Source: Thermodesulfovibrionales bacterium (lineage in GTDB: Bacteria > Nitrospirota > Thermodesulfovibrionia > Thermodesulfovibrionales > SM23-35). Taken from it: DNA of 18,966 bases. The stretch covers positions 1 to 18,966 of the forward strand of contig CAVQRT010000021.1 in NCBI GenBank assembly GCA_963715195.1. The letters run 5' to 3'. Made by a program: the position numbers and the translations under genes. Positions 10,100 through 17,883 of this stretch are shown piece by piece (positions within the stretch are counted from its first letter, which is position 1; every line of letters starts with the position of its first letter). A model generated the notes under the pieces. That model had not been told where the DNA came from, searched no databases, and worked only from the letters and a program-made list of their open reading frames with translations.

Positions 10100-11116
10100 T
10101 TATCGCATCATTGTGTCTGGTTTAACATCCTCATCCAATATAACAACCTCAACACGGCGGTTCTCTTGTCTACCTGCTGAATTTGCATTGCTGGCTATTG
10201 GATACTGTTCCCCGTAGCCTTTTGTTATAATGCGCTCAGCTTTTATGCCCCTCAATAAGAGAGCATCACGTACAGACTCTGCCCTGCGCTGGGAAAGTCC
10301 CAGATTGTATAAATCACTTCCTGTACTGTCTGTATGACCTTCAATCAGGATAGTCTTCTTAAGATATTTTGTGAGAAATTCAGAAAGCTTGTCGATTGTG
10401 ACCATTGCACCCGGCAAAAGCCTGTCTTTGCCAACCTCAAAAAGGATATCTCCTAAGGTAAGAACTAATCCCCTGTCAGTCTGTTTGGCCTTGAGTTCTG
10501 CAAGTTCACTTTCGATCTTTTTCCTCTCTGCCATAACTTTTTCTAATTCCAACTGCGCGAGCTGCGCTTCAAGTGCTTTTGCCTCAGCTTCTTTCCTCGC
10601 CTTCTCAGCCTCCAATGCTTTTGCTTCAACATCTCTCTTTGCCTGTTCTATCTCGCGGGATTTTGCTTCAGCTTCCTGTCGTGCCTTTTCAGCCTGCAGA
10701 GCCCTTGATTCGGCAAGGCTAATAGATTTTTTCGTTTCAAGTTCTCGCGCCTGAAGGACAATTCGTTCCTTTTCTTCACTGAGACGCTCTCTTTCTTGTT
10801 CAGCACTTACCTGCTCTGCTTTCAGGACAGCGATTTGGGATTTTTTCTCTGCAAGATAGGCAAGGTGGTCTATTTTATCAACTTCTTCCGCCAATTCAGC
10901 TTTTTTGAAAGCCTGTTCAGCTTCATACATGGCAACAGGAGCTTTCTTGGCTATCTCAGGATTAGCCTTTGCTTCTTCATATGCAGCACGGGCACTCTCT
11001 AAAGCTGGATTTTGTTCAGGTACTGTTGCACAGCCTATCATCAACACAGGAAAAAGTGTAAGCAACATCATGACACACAAAAACACTGTAATACGTGACT
11101 TTATAATCATTCTCAT
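10100..11116 (-). CDS. Lipoprotein with DUF4398-like N-domain, coiled coil and C-terminal OmpA-like peptidoglycan-binding domain
   Basis: Lipobox-like MIG-C; TDRGLVLTLGDILF, IEGHTDSTG, NLGLSQRRAESV, GYGEQYPIASN, GRQENRRVEV. ATG 11116 follows GGAGGAACCA. Confidence 0.92.
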   Translation of the reverse strand: MRMIIKSRITVFLCVMMLLTLFPVLMIGCATVPEQNPALESARAAYEEAKANPEIAKKAPVAMYEAEQAFKKAELAEEVDKIDHLAYLAEKKSQIAVLKAEQVSAEQERERLSEEKERIVLQARELETKKSISLAESRALQAEKARQEAEAKSREIEQAKRDVEAKALEAEKARKEAEAKALEAQLAQLELEKVMAERKKIESELAELKAKQTDRGLVLTLGDILFEVGKDRLLPGAMVTIDKLSEFLTKYLKKTILIEGHTDSTGSDLYNLGLSQRRAESVRDALLLRGIKAERIITKGYGEQYPIASNANSAGRQENRRVEVVILDEDVKPDTMMR

Positions 11117-11145
11117 TGGTTCCTCCATGAAAAATATTCTCATAA

Positions 11146-11535
11146 TTATTTCTGTGACCATTCGATTTCTTTTCGCAGACTCTCAACATTTTCTCGAGTC
11201 TCCTCTGCCATCTTCTTCGCTTTTATTGTCTGAGATTTCACTGCAGCCAACTTTGCATCTATTAACGCTTCATCTGCTAAACGTTTCGCCTCTGCATATT
11301 CTTCATTTTCCATTGCTTGTTGGGCAGCTTCTAACTTCTCCTTTGCAATCTTCAATTCGAGCGGGGCATTGACCGAAGCATTGTCTTCCTCTGCTTCCTT
11401 AATAGTTAACTCAGCATTTGCAATGTTTTCTACTGGTGGGGCAACCTTCACTGCACAACCAGCAAACAGCACAAGACTAATGGCCGTCAATATGGTAAGC
11501 ACGTAACAATTACTATTTATTCTTTTTAACATCAT
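11146..11535 (-). CDS. DUF4398-family helical lipoprotein
   Basis: Lipobox FAG-C; APLELKIAKEKL..A..LADEALIDAKLA pattern; AAGGAG RBS; typical pairing upstream of the OmpA-domain gene. Confidence 0.85.
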   Translation of the reverse strand: MMLKRINSNCYVLTILTAISLVLFAGCAVKVAPPVENIANAELTIKEAEEDNASVNAPLELKIAKEKLEAAQQAMENEEYAEAKRLADEALIDAKLAAVKSQTIKAKKMAEETRENVESLRKEIEWSQK

Positions 11536-11805
11536 CTGTCTCCTTTTTATCATCTAAATTCTGTTGTTTTTATAACAGTTTTAGCCCACGGTTATTATCT
11601 TTCTGTAATATTTCACCTCCTGCTTTTTGTGCATAGCAATATCTTTAATTTTTTAGTTTATACCTCATTTTCCGAATAAATGACACGTATTTTACAGCTA
11701 TTAATAATATTCATATATATCAAAAGCTTTAAGCATTATAATTGACATGATCAGCTTCCCATAATTCATATAATTTAGCTTTTTCATATATCAGGCGATG
11801 TTAGG

Positions 11806-12279
11806 CTACGCTATTTGGAGATTGGTTAATGATGCATTTGCATTACTGTTATTCATATCCGGTTCAATCTGCAATTCAAGTATTGACACTTCCTGAAGAT
11901 CAACAGTGTAGTCTTCAACCTCACAGGTTGTTTCAGGGGGACTAAAAGTATATTGCTGACGTAAAATTTCGTGATAAGACTGCTTATCCACTGAATACCA
12001 GCCAAGAACAAACTCATGCATACGATGTTGTGTCTTCTCGTCAAACTGCAAATGAATACGCGTAATTCTCTGTGGCTCATCAAAAAGAATGCGGATCGTT
12101 TGTTTCCCGGGCTGTGCTGCTCTCCAGCCCTTACTATCTCCTAGGCTGAGTGCCGATTCAATAGGGAAAGCCGGATCTTCAGAGGTAAATTCGATCTGTG
12201 TAAGGTGTGTTAAATCCAACCATCCGTGATCAGCAGGGAGAATATCACGAGCCTCTTGGGGTATTACCTGTTTGCGCAT
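11806..12279 (-). CDS. Conserved hypothetical protein, probable discoidin/galactose-binding-like beta-sandwich
   Basis: WLDL..TSEDPAFPIESAL..GWRAAQPGKQTIRILFDEP..RQQYTFSP; AGGAG RBS; no signal peptide. Confidence 0.7.
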   Translation of the reverse strand: MRKQVIPQEARDILPADHGWLDLTHLTQIEFTSEDPAFPIESALSLGDSKGWRAAQPGKQTIRILFDEPQRITRIHLQFDEKTQHRMHEFVLGWYSVDKQSYHEILRQQYTFSPPETTCEVEDYTVDLQEVSILELQIEPDMNNSNANASLTNLQIA

Positions 12280-12309
12280 TTATAACTCCTTGGGTATTTC
12301 AATATTTTA

Positions 12310-12351
12310 AAAGTGAGGAGCCTGTAATGATAATGTGATACAGGCTCCTCA
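12310..12351 (-). terminator. Perfect 13-bp inverted repeat, probable terminator or mRNA-stabilising stem
   Basis: TGAGGAGCCTGTA (12314-12326) / TACAGGCTCCTCA (12339-12351), 12-nt loop, then CTTTT on the minus strand, just after the 12365 stop. Confidence 0.65.
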
Positions 12352-12364
12352 GAGAATACAATTG

Positions 12365-12919
12365 CTACTGTTGTTTCTTGAATGGTGTTTTCAGGATATC
12401 CACAGTACCATCAATAACTCCCTGAAGAGCGTTCTTCACCGCATTCCCTGCACCGCTTCCAATCTTATCTGCAGCTTCAATTGCTCCTTGAGCAGTCGCT
12501 TGCGTTGCTTTTGTCACATCTCCGCCAACTTCTTTTACTCCTCTGACTGCACCTCTGACTGCATTATAGGCTACCTCGACCACATCAGTTCCGATTTCAT
12601 TCGCACCGGCAACAGTCCCCTTTACCGCGTTCTTTGCAGCACCAACTACATCAGTAGTTGTCTCTGAAGCAGCCTTTACCACCCCACGCACAGTCCCCGA
12701 TACAGCGTCAGTTGTCGCTACTCCTATCTCCTTTGTACCTTTCAACGACCCGATAATTGCATCCTTGGCAATTGACGTTATCTCGCCTACCACGTCTTTC
12801 GTGCCGCGAAGTGCCCCGATAATGAGGTCTTTTACTGTTGTTTCCAGTTCGACCCCGATCTCTTTCGTACCTCTCAGGGTCTTGACTATAGTATCTTTAA
12901 GTGTATCAATAATATTCAT
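12365..12919 (-). CDS. Hypothetical protein built of eight tandem 22-aa amphipathic helical repeats
   Basis: 184 aa = 8 x 22 + 8; recurring LRGTKEIG / LKGTKEIG / VRGVKEVG; AAAGGAG RBS. Confidence 0.85.
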   Translation of the reverse strand: MNIIDTLKDTIVKTLRGTKEIGVELETTVKDLIIGALRGTKDVVGEITSIAKDAIIGSLKGTKEIGVATTDAVSGTVRGVVKAASETTTDVVGAAKNAVKGTVAGANEIGTDVVEVAYNAVRGAVRGVKEVGGDVTKATQATAQGAIEAADKIGSGAGNAVKNALQGVIDGTVDILKTPFKKQQ

Positions 12920-13053
12920 GGACTCATGCTCCTTTCATTACTAGTTCTAAGAAGTAGGGGGGGCCTGCGATGATACAACAGACCCCTTTATGAGCAAGTT
13001 CTGGCGTGACTTGCTTCTTCCCCACATTTCGTTGCAATACAGGAGTTATGGGC

Positions 13054-13605
13054 TTACCACACAAACCCTAATCCAAGCGTGACCACATGGTTCCCATTGC
13101 TGGTATCCGACGCGTCTCCCAATTCCAAATCCTCAAAAAACCATTCATAACGATATTTGGTAATAAGAAACGTCTTGTCATTCAGAAAGGCTTTGAACCC
13201 AACGGCAGGACCAGCTGTTCCTGTTGTTTTATCGTCGTTGTATATTGCTCCAACAAATGCACCGAGGAAAGGCTGAAAGGTGTCATTCAGCGATAATCCC
13301 CGAATATGGTAGTAGACGAATGGGGTTGTTGATGCAGTCCATTGATCATCTCCATGATCAATGAAAGCGTAGTTCAGTGTCTGCCCGATACCAATTTCCC
13401 ACACGTTCGTCAAATGGTATCCATACGATACATCCAGGGTAGCTGTACCCACATCGGTGTCATTTGTGTGGTGGAATCCGCCTGAAAGCTGGATTTCGCT
13501 CTCACCGGCAGTCTGGGCAGCGTATCCCCCAATTGCTAAAAATACTACAAGAAACATGCTTACGCTTACTGTGAATGCAACTTTCTTCAGAGATAATCCT
13601 TTCAT
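13054..13605 (-). CDS. Small outer-membrane beta-barrel protein
   Basis: Signal peptide, alternating amphipathic strands (FQPFLGAFVG, KYRYEW), C-terminal LGLGFVW beta-signal; AAGGAGG RBS. Confidence 0.8.
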   Translation of the reverse strand: MKGLSLKKVAFTVSVSMFLVVFLAIGGYAAQTAGESEIQLSGGFHHTNDTDVGTATLDVSYGYHLTNVWEIGIGQTLNYAFIDHGDDQWTASTTPFVYYHIRGLSLNDTFQPFLGAFVGAIYNDDKTTGTAGPAVGFKAFLNDKTFLITKYRYEWFFEDLELGDASDTSNGNHVVTLGLGFVW

Positions 13606-13751
13606 TAGTTAATCCTCCTTTAAGATTAGTTTGCGAGTGTAAAACTTAATCCTATCCTCTTATTCCCCCCCTCTTGTTTTTTTACAACCTGATAAAGAGC
13701 TTCATGGAATTGCCTATAGTAGATGTCCGATAGAATTATTACTTATTTGAT

Positions 13752-13767
13752 TGCAATGATTGTGCCA
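13752..13767 (-). promoter_or_regulatory. Sigma54 (RpoN) -24/-12 promoter, leftward
   Basis: Minus strand TGGCAC-AATCA-TTGCA, an exact match to TGGCAC-N5-TTGCW. Confidence 0.85.
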
Positions 13768-13823
13768 GTGAGTAAAGTTACTGTTTTATCTGGATAGTAA
13801 TACAAATGAAGGTCTTGATAAAC

Positions 13824-13857
13824 GGGCAAAATGTCATGGAGAGAGAAAAAATGCCTT
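13824..13857. promoter_or_regulatory. Candidate tandem enhancer (bEBP binding) sites
   Basis: GGGCAAAATGTCAT and AGAAAAAATGCCTT, with AAAATG cores 20 nt apart, midway between the two sigma54 promoters. Confidence 0.4.
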
Positions 13858-13893
13858 ATGAGGATTATAAAGTTACACGTTTGTTGTTATATA

Positions 13894-13906
13894 AATCAAT
13901 ACCTTA
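13894..13906 (+). promoter_or_regulatory. IHF binding site
   Basis: AATCAA-TACC-TTA matches WATCAA-N4-TTR exactly, just upstream of the rightward -24 box. Confidence 0.65.
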
Positions 13907-13911
13907 TATAC

Positions 13912-13927
13912 TGGCATTTATCTTGCT
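13912..13927 (+). promoter_or_regulatory. Sigma54 (RpoN) -24/-12 promoter, rightward
   Basis: TGGCAT-TTATC-TTGCT with correct GG-N10-GC spacing, about 50 nt upstream of the 13980 ATG. Confidence 0.8.
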
Positions 13928-13979
13928 CATATGAAGTATATTTCCGAGAGCTAAAAATATAGATAAATGAAAGATTTGT

Positions 13980-14909
13980 ATGACAATTGATTTAAATATA
14001 GAACCCCGAAAAGTCTACAGCTGGTCTGACTTCAAAAAGAAGAAACCGCCATATTCGATTGCATTAGACGGATTTGTAAATGCTGTGACGAAGAGAGATC
14101 CTAAGGGTCCTTATGCTAATTTTGATCATCATTCCAAGACCGATCGATTAGCAACACGTTCTACTTCTGAGCAAGTACACATGGAAATCAAGCTGGGATT
14201 ATTTGATACTTTCAAAAAAGATGGGGTTACAGAGGCACATATTTATGTGAATGACCCGGATGAGGATACATGTCTTGCATGGTGGTTATTAAAAAATAAT
14301 GAACATGTGAGAAATCATACTGATCTTCGGGTTAATCGACTTGTATACTGTGAAGACAGACTCGACAGTACAGCGGGAGCTTATCCTTTTGGCGATACTT
14401 CAATGAGGAGAAAAATGGCCTGGATTTTTCATCCTTATTATGAAGCGCGTTTTGATGGCAGAGTAGCGCTGATGAAAGAACCAGAAATGCGGGGAATCTT
14501 TAAAGCAGTCGAAGAGCGAATTGACCTTTATTGTGTTGATGAAAGCGGTGAAAACTCCCTTAAGGAAGACTATGAGATAATTGGGGGAGGCATGGGCTGG
14601 ACTTTTACGAAGGAGACAGGGCCAGCTTCAAGAATGGCTATGTACAATGACGGGATTACTGCTTTTGCTGCATTAGTAGCAGAAAAATCAGATGGTTCAT
14701 TTGTCTATACTTTAGGGAGAAGGTCTGTATGGACACCATTTAATATTCAAAAATTATACGCGAGACTGAATGAAGAGGAATCTGATATTGTAACTGAGAG
14801 TAATAGGTGGGGCGGGAGCGATACAATCGGGGGATCTCCGCGAGATACAGGCAGCAAGCTATCTCCTGAAAGGCTGCAGAAAATAATAAATGCTACCCTG
14901 AATAAGTAG
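13980..14909 (+). CDS. Hypothetical protein, probable divergent DHH-superfamily phosphoesterase
   Basis: ALDG, NFDHH, YVNDPDED, EDRLD and C-terminal WGGS..GGSPR motifs; 309-aa ORF directly behind a sigma54 promoter. Confidence 0.7.
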   Translation: MTIDLNIEPRKVYSWSDFKKKKPPYSIALDGFVNAVTKRDPKGPYANFDHHSKTDRLATRSTSEQVHMEIKLGLFDTFKKDGVTEAHIYVNDPDEDTCLAWWLLKNNEHVRNHTDLRVNRLVYCEDRLDSTAGAYPFGDTSMRRKMAWIFHPYYEARFDGRVALMKEPEMRGIFKAVEERIDLYCVDESGENSLKEDYEIIGGGMGWTFTKETGPASRMAMYNDGITAFAALVAEKSDGSFVYTLGRRSVWTPFNIQKLYARLNEEESDIVTESNRWGGSDTIGGSPRDTGSKLSPERLQKIINATLNK

Positions 14910-14921
14910 CAGGAGGATATT

Positions 14922-15044
14922 ATGAAGAAAAGCGGAATCAAATATGTATATGTTATTGCTGTATTAATAGTATTAGTCTTTTGTTACCGTATCTCTGTAA
15001 GACTAGTCACTATTAAAAGTGGCAAACCAGCAGATACAGCGTAA
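14922..15044 (+). CDS. Small 40-aa single-pass membrane protein (absent from the ORF track)
   Basis: AGGAGG RBS at 14911-14916; MKKSGIKYVYVIAVLIVLVFCYRISVRLVTIKSGKPADTA; fills the gap between two co-oriented genes. Confidence 0.5.
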   Translation: MKKSGIKYVYVIAVLIVLVFCYRISVRLVTIKSGKPADTA

Positions 15045-15066
15045 TACTGAAAAATGGAGGCATGTG

Positions 15067-15264
15067 ATGAACTTTAAAATTATCATAATTTTGTCTTTGG
15101 TTATCCTCTCAATAATTATATTTGCACAAAACACGCAGGTAATTTCCTTTCAATTCCTCTTCTGGGAACTTACCATGTCCAGAATTATACTCCTTCTTTT
15201 CACTATGGTCATCGGCATTATCATTGGATATATAGTGGCAACGGTGCAGAAGAGAACGCATTAG
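15067..15264 (+). CDS. LapA/DUF1049-family small membrane protein
   Basis: IFAQNTQVISFQFLFW motif between two hydrophobic helices; ATG 15067 follows GGAGG. Confidence 0.8.
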   Translation: MNFKIIIILSLVILSIIIFAQNTQVISFQFLFWELTMSRIILLLFTMVIGIIIGYIVATVQKRTH

Positions 15265-15308
15265 CGAAATCATTGATCTATGTTCATTGACTTTTCAGGA
15301 ATATAAAT

Positions 15309-16229
15309 ATGACTGACTTCATTATAAAGTGGTTTGCTGATCCTATAGTGCAAAAAATATTTATTGCTCTTATAGGCTTCATAGTTATAAATGTTGCAGT
15401 CCGCTTACTCAAGATATATCTTGGTCGTCAAATAGACGATACTCGCAACCGTTACCGGATACGAAAACTCATCTCATTCATTGGATATCTGATTGTACTA
15501 TTACTTATCCTCACCACCTTTAGAGCACATTTGAAAGACGTACATATTGCTTTAGGCATAGCAGGTGCCGGGATTGCTTTTTCACTCCAGGAAGTTATTG
15601 CGAGTCTGGCCGGATGGATAGCTATTTCTTTTGGTAATTTCTATAAAACCGGAGACCGCGTGCAATTGGGGGGAATCAAGGGAGATGTGATTGACATCGC
15701 AATGCTCCGAACTACTCTTATGGAAACCGGAGACTGGATAGGGGGTGATCAATACAATGGGCGTATTGTGCGTATTGCCAACAGCTTTGTATTCAGAGAG
15801 CCGGTTTTTAATTATTCCACTGATTTTCCTTTCCTCTGGGATGAAATCACTGTGCCTGTAAAACATGGAAGCGATTTTCGACTTGCAAAAGATATCTTTC
15901 AGCGTGTGTTAAATGAAATTACAGGAGATTTTGCGAATCATGCAGAAAACGCCTGGAAAGAAATGGTAAGCAAATATCTCATTGAAGCTGAAAGTGTACA
16001 ACCTTCGATTATTATGATTATCAATGATAATTGGTTGCAATTCACCCTTAGATACGTTGTTGATTTTAGAAAGCGCCGCTTTACAAAAGACAAAATCTTT
16101 ACCCGCATCCTTGAGGAACTTGAAGAAACAGATGGTCGTGTTACCATAGCTTCAACAACTATTCAGCTTACTGATGCTGCCATCATTCGACGTCAGAATT
16201 GCAAAGGAGACAAAATGAAAGGTTCTTGA
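15309..16229 (+). CDS. Small-conductance mechanosensitive channel (MscS family)
   Basis: Three N-terminal TM segments; GIAGAGIAFSLQE, GDRVQLGGIKGDVIDI, IANSFVFREPVFNYS. Confidence 0.92.
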   Translation: MTDFIIKWFADPIVQKIFIALIGFIVINVAVRLLKIYLGRQIDDTRNRYRIRKLISFIGYLIVLLLILTTFRAHLKDVHIALGIAGAGIAFSLQEVIASLAGWIAISFGNFYKTGDRVQLGGIKGDVIDIAMLRTTLMETGDWIGGDQYNGRIVRIANSFVFREPVFNYSTDFPFLWDEITVPVKHGSDFRLAKDIFQRVLNEITGDFANHAENAWKEMVSKYLIEAESVQPSIIMIINDNWLQFTLRYVVDFRKRRFTKDKIFTRILEELEETDGRVTIASTTIQLTDAAIIRRQNCKGDKMKGS

Positions 16230-16317
16230 ATTAATTATTGACATAATTCATGAAAAACATTCACCCATTATAAAGATGAGAATATGGAGAGCAGTTGCCA
16301 CAATATGATAAACAATT

Positions 16318-17256
16318 ATGATTAATGAACAATGGAAAGCGAGAAAAGTGGTTATCGTTGGAGCAGGTGCTGTAGGGTCCACTTTTGCTTATGCACTTGC
16401 ACAACACGGTGTATCAGATGAAATTGTCCTTACCGATATAAATCGTGATCTAGTCAAAGGACAGGTACTTGATCTGACGCATGGCATACCGTTTTTTCCT
16501 TCGGTTAATATCCGTGAAGGATCCAGCCGCGACTTTGCAGATGCCAATGTGATCGTGATTACAGCGGGAGCTACAATGAATACCAGTGGTGAATCACGCC
16601 TTGATCTTCTGAAAAATAATAAAGTAATCATCGATACCATTATTGATGAAATAGTGAGTAAAGATTCACAAGCAGTGATAGTAGTTGTGAGCAACCCTGT
16701 CGATGTTCTCACTTATATTGCACATAGGCGATCAGGTTGGCCAAGAGGGCGTATCTTTGGTTCAGGCACAGTCCTGGATAGTGCACGATTTCGACATCTT
16801 CTAAGCGAAAGATGCAGTGTAGATGTCCACAATGTACATGCGTATATCCTCGGAGAACATGGCGACAGTGAATTTGTAGCATGGTCTATGACTCACATTG
16901 CAGGGATAGCGATTGATGAATATTGCCAGATATGTAAGATGTGCAGTGATTGGAAAGCAGAGCATCGTGCAATTGAAGAATCTGTAAGAAGTTCTGCCTA
17001 TCACATTATCGAATACAAAGGTGCGACAAACTTTGCTGTTGGTCTATCTCTTGTTCGTATTGTAAGTGCGATACTTCGGAATGAAAAGAGTGTGCTTACA
17101 GTTTCAATTGTTCTCGAAGGGGAATATGGGCTGTCAGATGTTAGCTTGAGTGTTCCATGCATTATTTCCCAATCAGGGGTAGAACGTATTTTAGAGGCTA
17201 ATCTATCGTCTGAGGAAATGAAAGCTCTTTCGCGATCTGCCAAGAGTATATCATAG
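16318..17256 (+). CDS. ldh: L-lactate dehydrogenase family 2-hydroxyacid dehydrogenase
   Basis: GAGAVG, DLTHG, SNPVDVL, GSGTVLDSARFR, LGEHGDS, KGAT. Specificity loop atypical and C-terminus looks slightly short. Confidence 0.88.
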   Translation: MINEQWKARKVVIVGAGAVGSTFAYALAQHGVSDEIVLTDINRDLVKGQVLDLTHGIPFFPSVNIREGSSRDFADANVIVITAGATMNTSGESRLDLLKNNKVIIDTIIDEIVSKDSQAVIVVVSNPVDVLTYIAHRRSGWPRGRIFGSGTVLDSARFRHLLSERCSVDVHNVHAYILGEHGDSEFVAWSMTHIAGIAIDEYCQICKMCSDWKAEHRAIEESVRSSAYHIIEYKGATNFAVGLSLVRIVSAILRNEKSVLTVSIVLEGEYGLSDVSLSVPCIISQSGVERILEANLSSEEMKALSRSAKSIS

Positions 17257-17372
17257 GTGAGGACTACAAAAAGGAATCAATAGAAAGTTAAATTTCAAGT
17301 TTTGCGTGTTCCTATGTGATTGTATGAACAAGGTTGTGCACCACCGGCATATACACATAAAAGTTAAATACT

Positions 17373-17814
17373 TTATTTCTCCGCCTCGTGCGACTTTTGA
17401 AATAAAGTTTTTTCTGCACAGCGAATCTCTGCCAGGTCGATCCGGCTGATACTATCACGCTTCGATCCCTTTCCTCCTCTCTTGCCATCGCCGCCCATTG
17501 ATAAAAGATCCATGCCTGTGTCCTGTTGACGCCAAGCCAAAGAGGTTAGTATGTATTTATTCCCCCAGGGATCGCGGGGAAGTTGTGAAATTGTTTCGGG
17601 AACCATATCTTCTAAGGCATGAGGAAATCTTCTGTGTTTAAGTAGTAAAGGACAAGACGGCCTAATTTTTCGACAAGTCATTGGATGCGATTGAATATTT
17701 CTCCGCAATGTTTAGGTCGTGCCCTTTTAATTGAATGATTATGCTCCATGCAACAATCACAATGATCAAAAGTATGAGGATAATATAAATAACTGAATTC
17801 TTTTTAGGAGCCAT
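17373..17814 (-). pseudogene. GspG-like pseudopilin-domain protein, frameshifted
   Basis: ATG 17814 gives MAPKKNS, a TM helix, then NDLSKN-stop (TAG 17664-17662) right after an A5 run. Another frame continues FP..LEDMVP..LPRDPWGNKY..LLSMGGDGKRGG, the GspG C-terminal signature. Confidence 0.7.
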
Positions 17815-17883
17815 TGCCTCATGTCCCTCTTTTGATAATGCGTTCGCTGATCACAATTAAATCGTTCAACAAAACAAAAAGCG

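Larger units (their letters stand above)
9756..17300. other. AT-rich accessory block, probable horizontally acquired island (right boundary approximate)
   Basis: Composition and codon style change after the kdsD stop (hand counts of G+C: 35/60 at 9661-9720, 20/60 at 15361-15420). No integrase or att repeat found. Confidence 0.6.

Noticed and set aside
11612..11622. Strong RBS (AGGAGGTG, minus strand) suggesting a missed small gene
   Set aside because: No ATG, GTG or TTG at a usable distance; at most a remnant.
11742..11774. TTGACA..TATAAT promoter on the plus strand
   Set aside because: The 21-nt spacer is too long, it points antisense to the flanking genes, and such matches are expected in very AT-rich DNA.
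15273..15290. FNR/CRP-like site (TTGAT..) upstream of the MscS gene
   Set aside because: Only one half-site matches.
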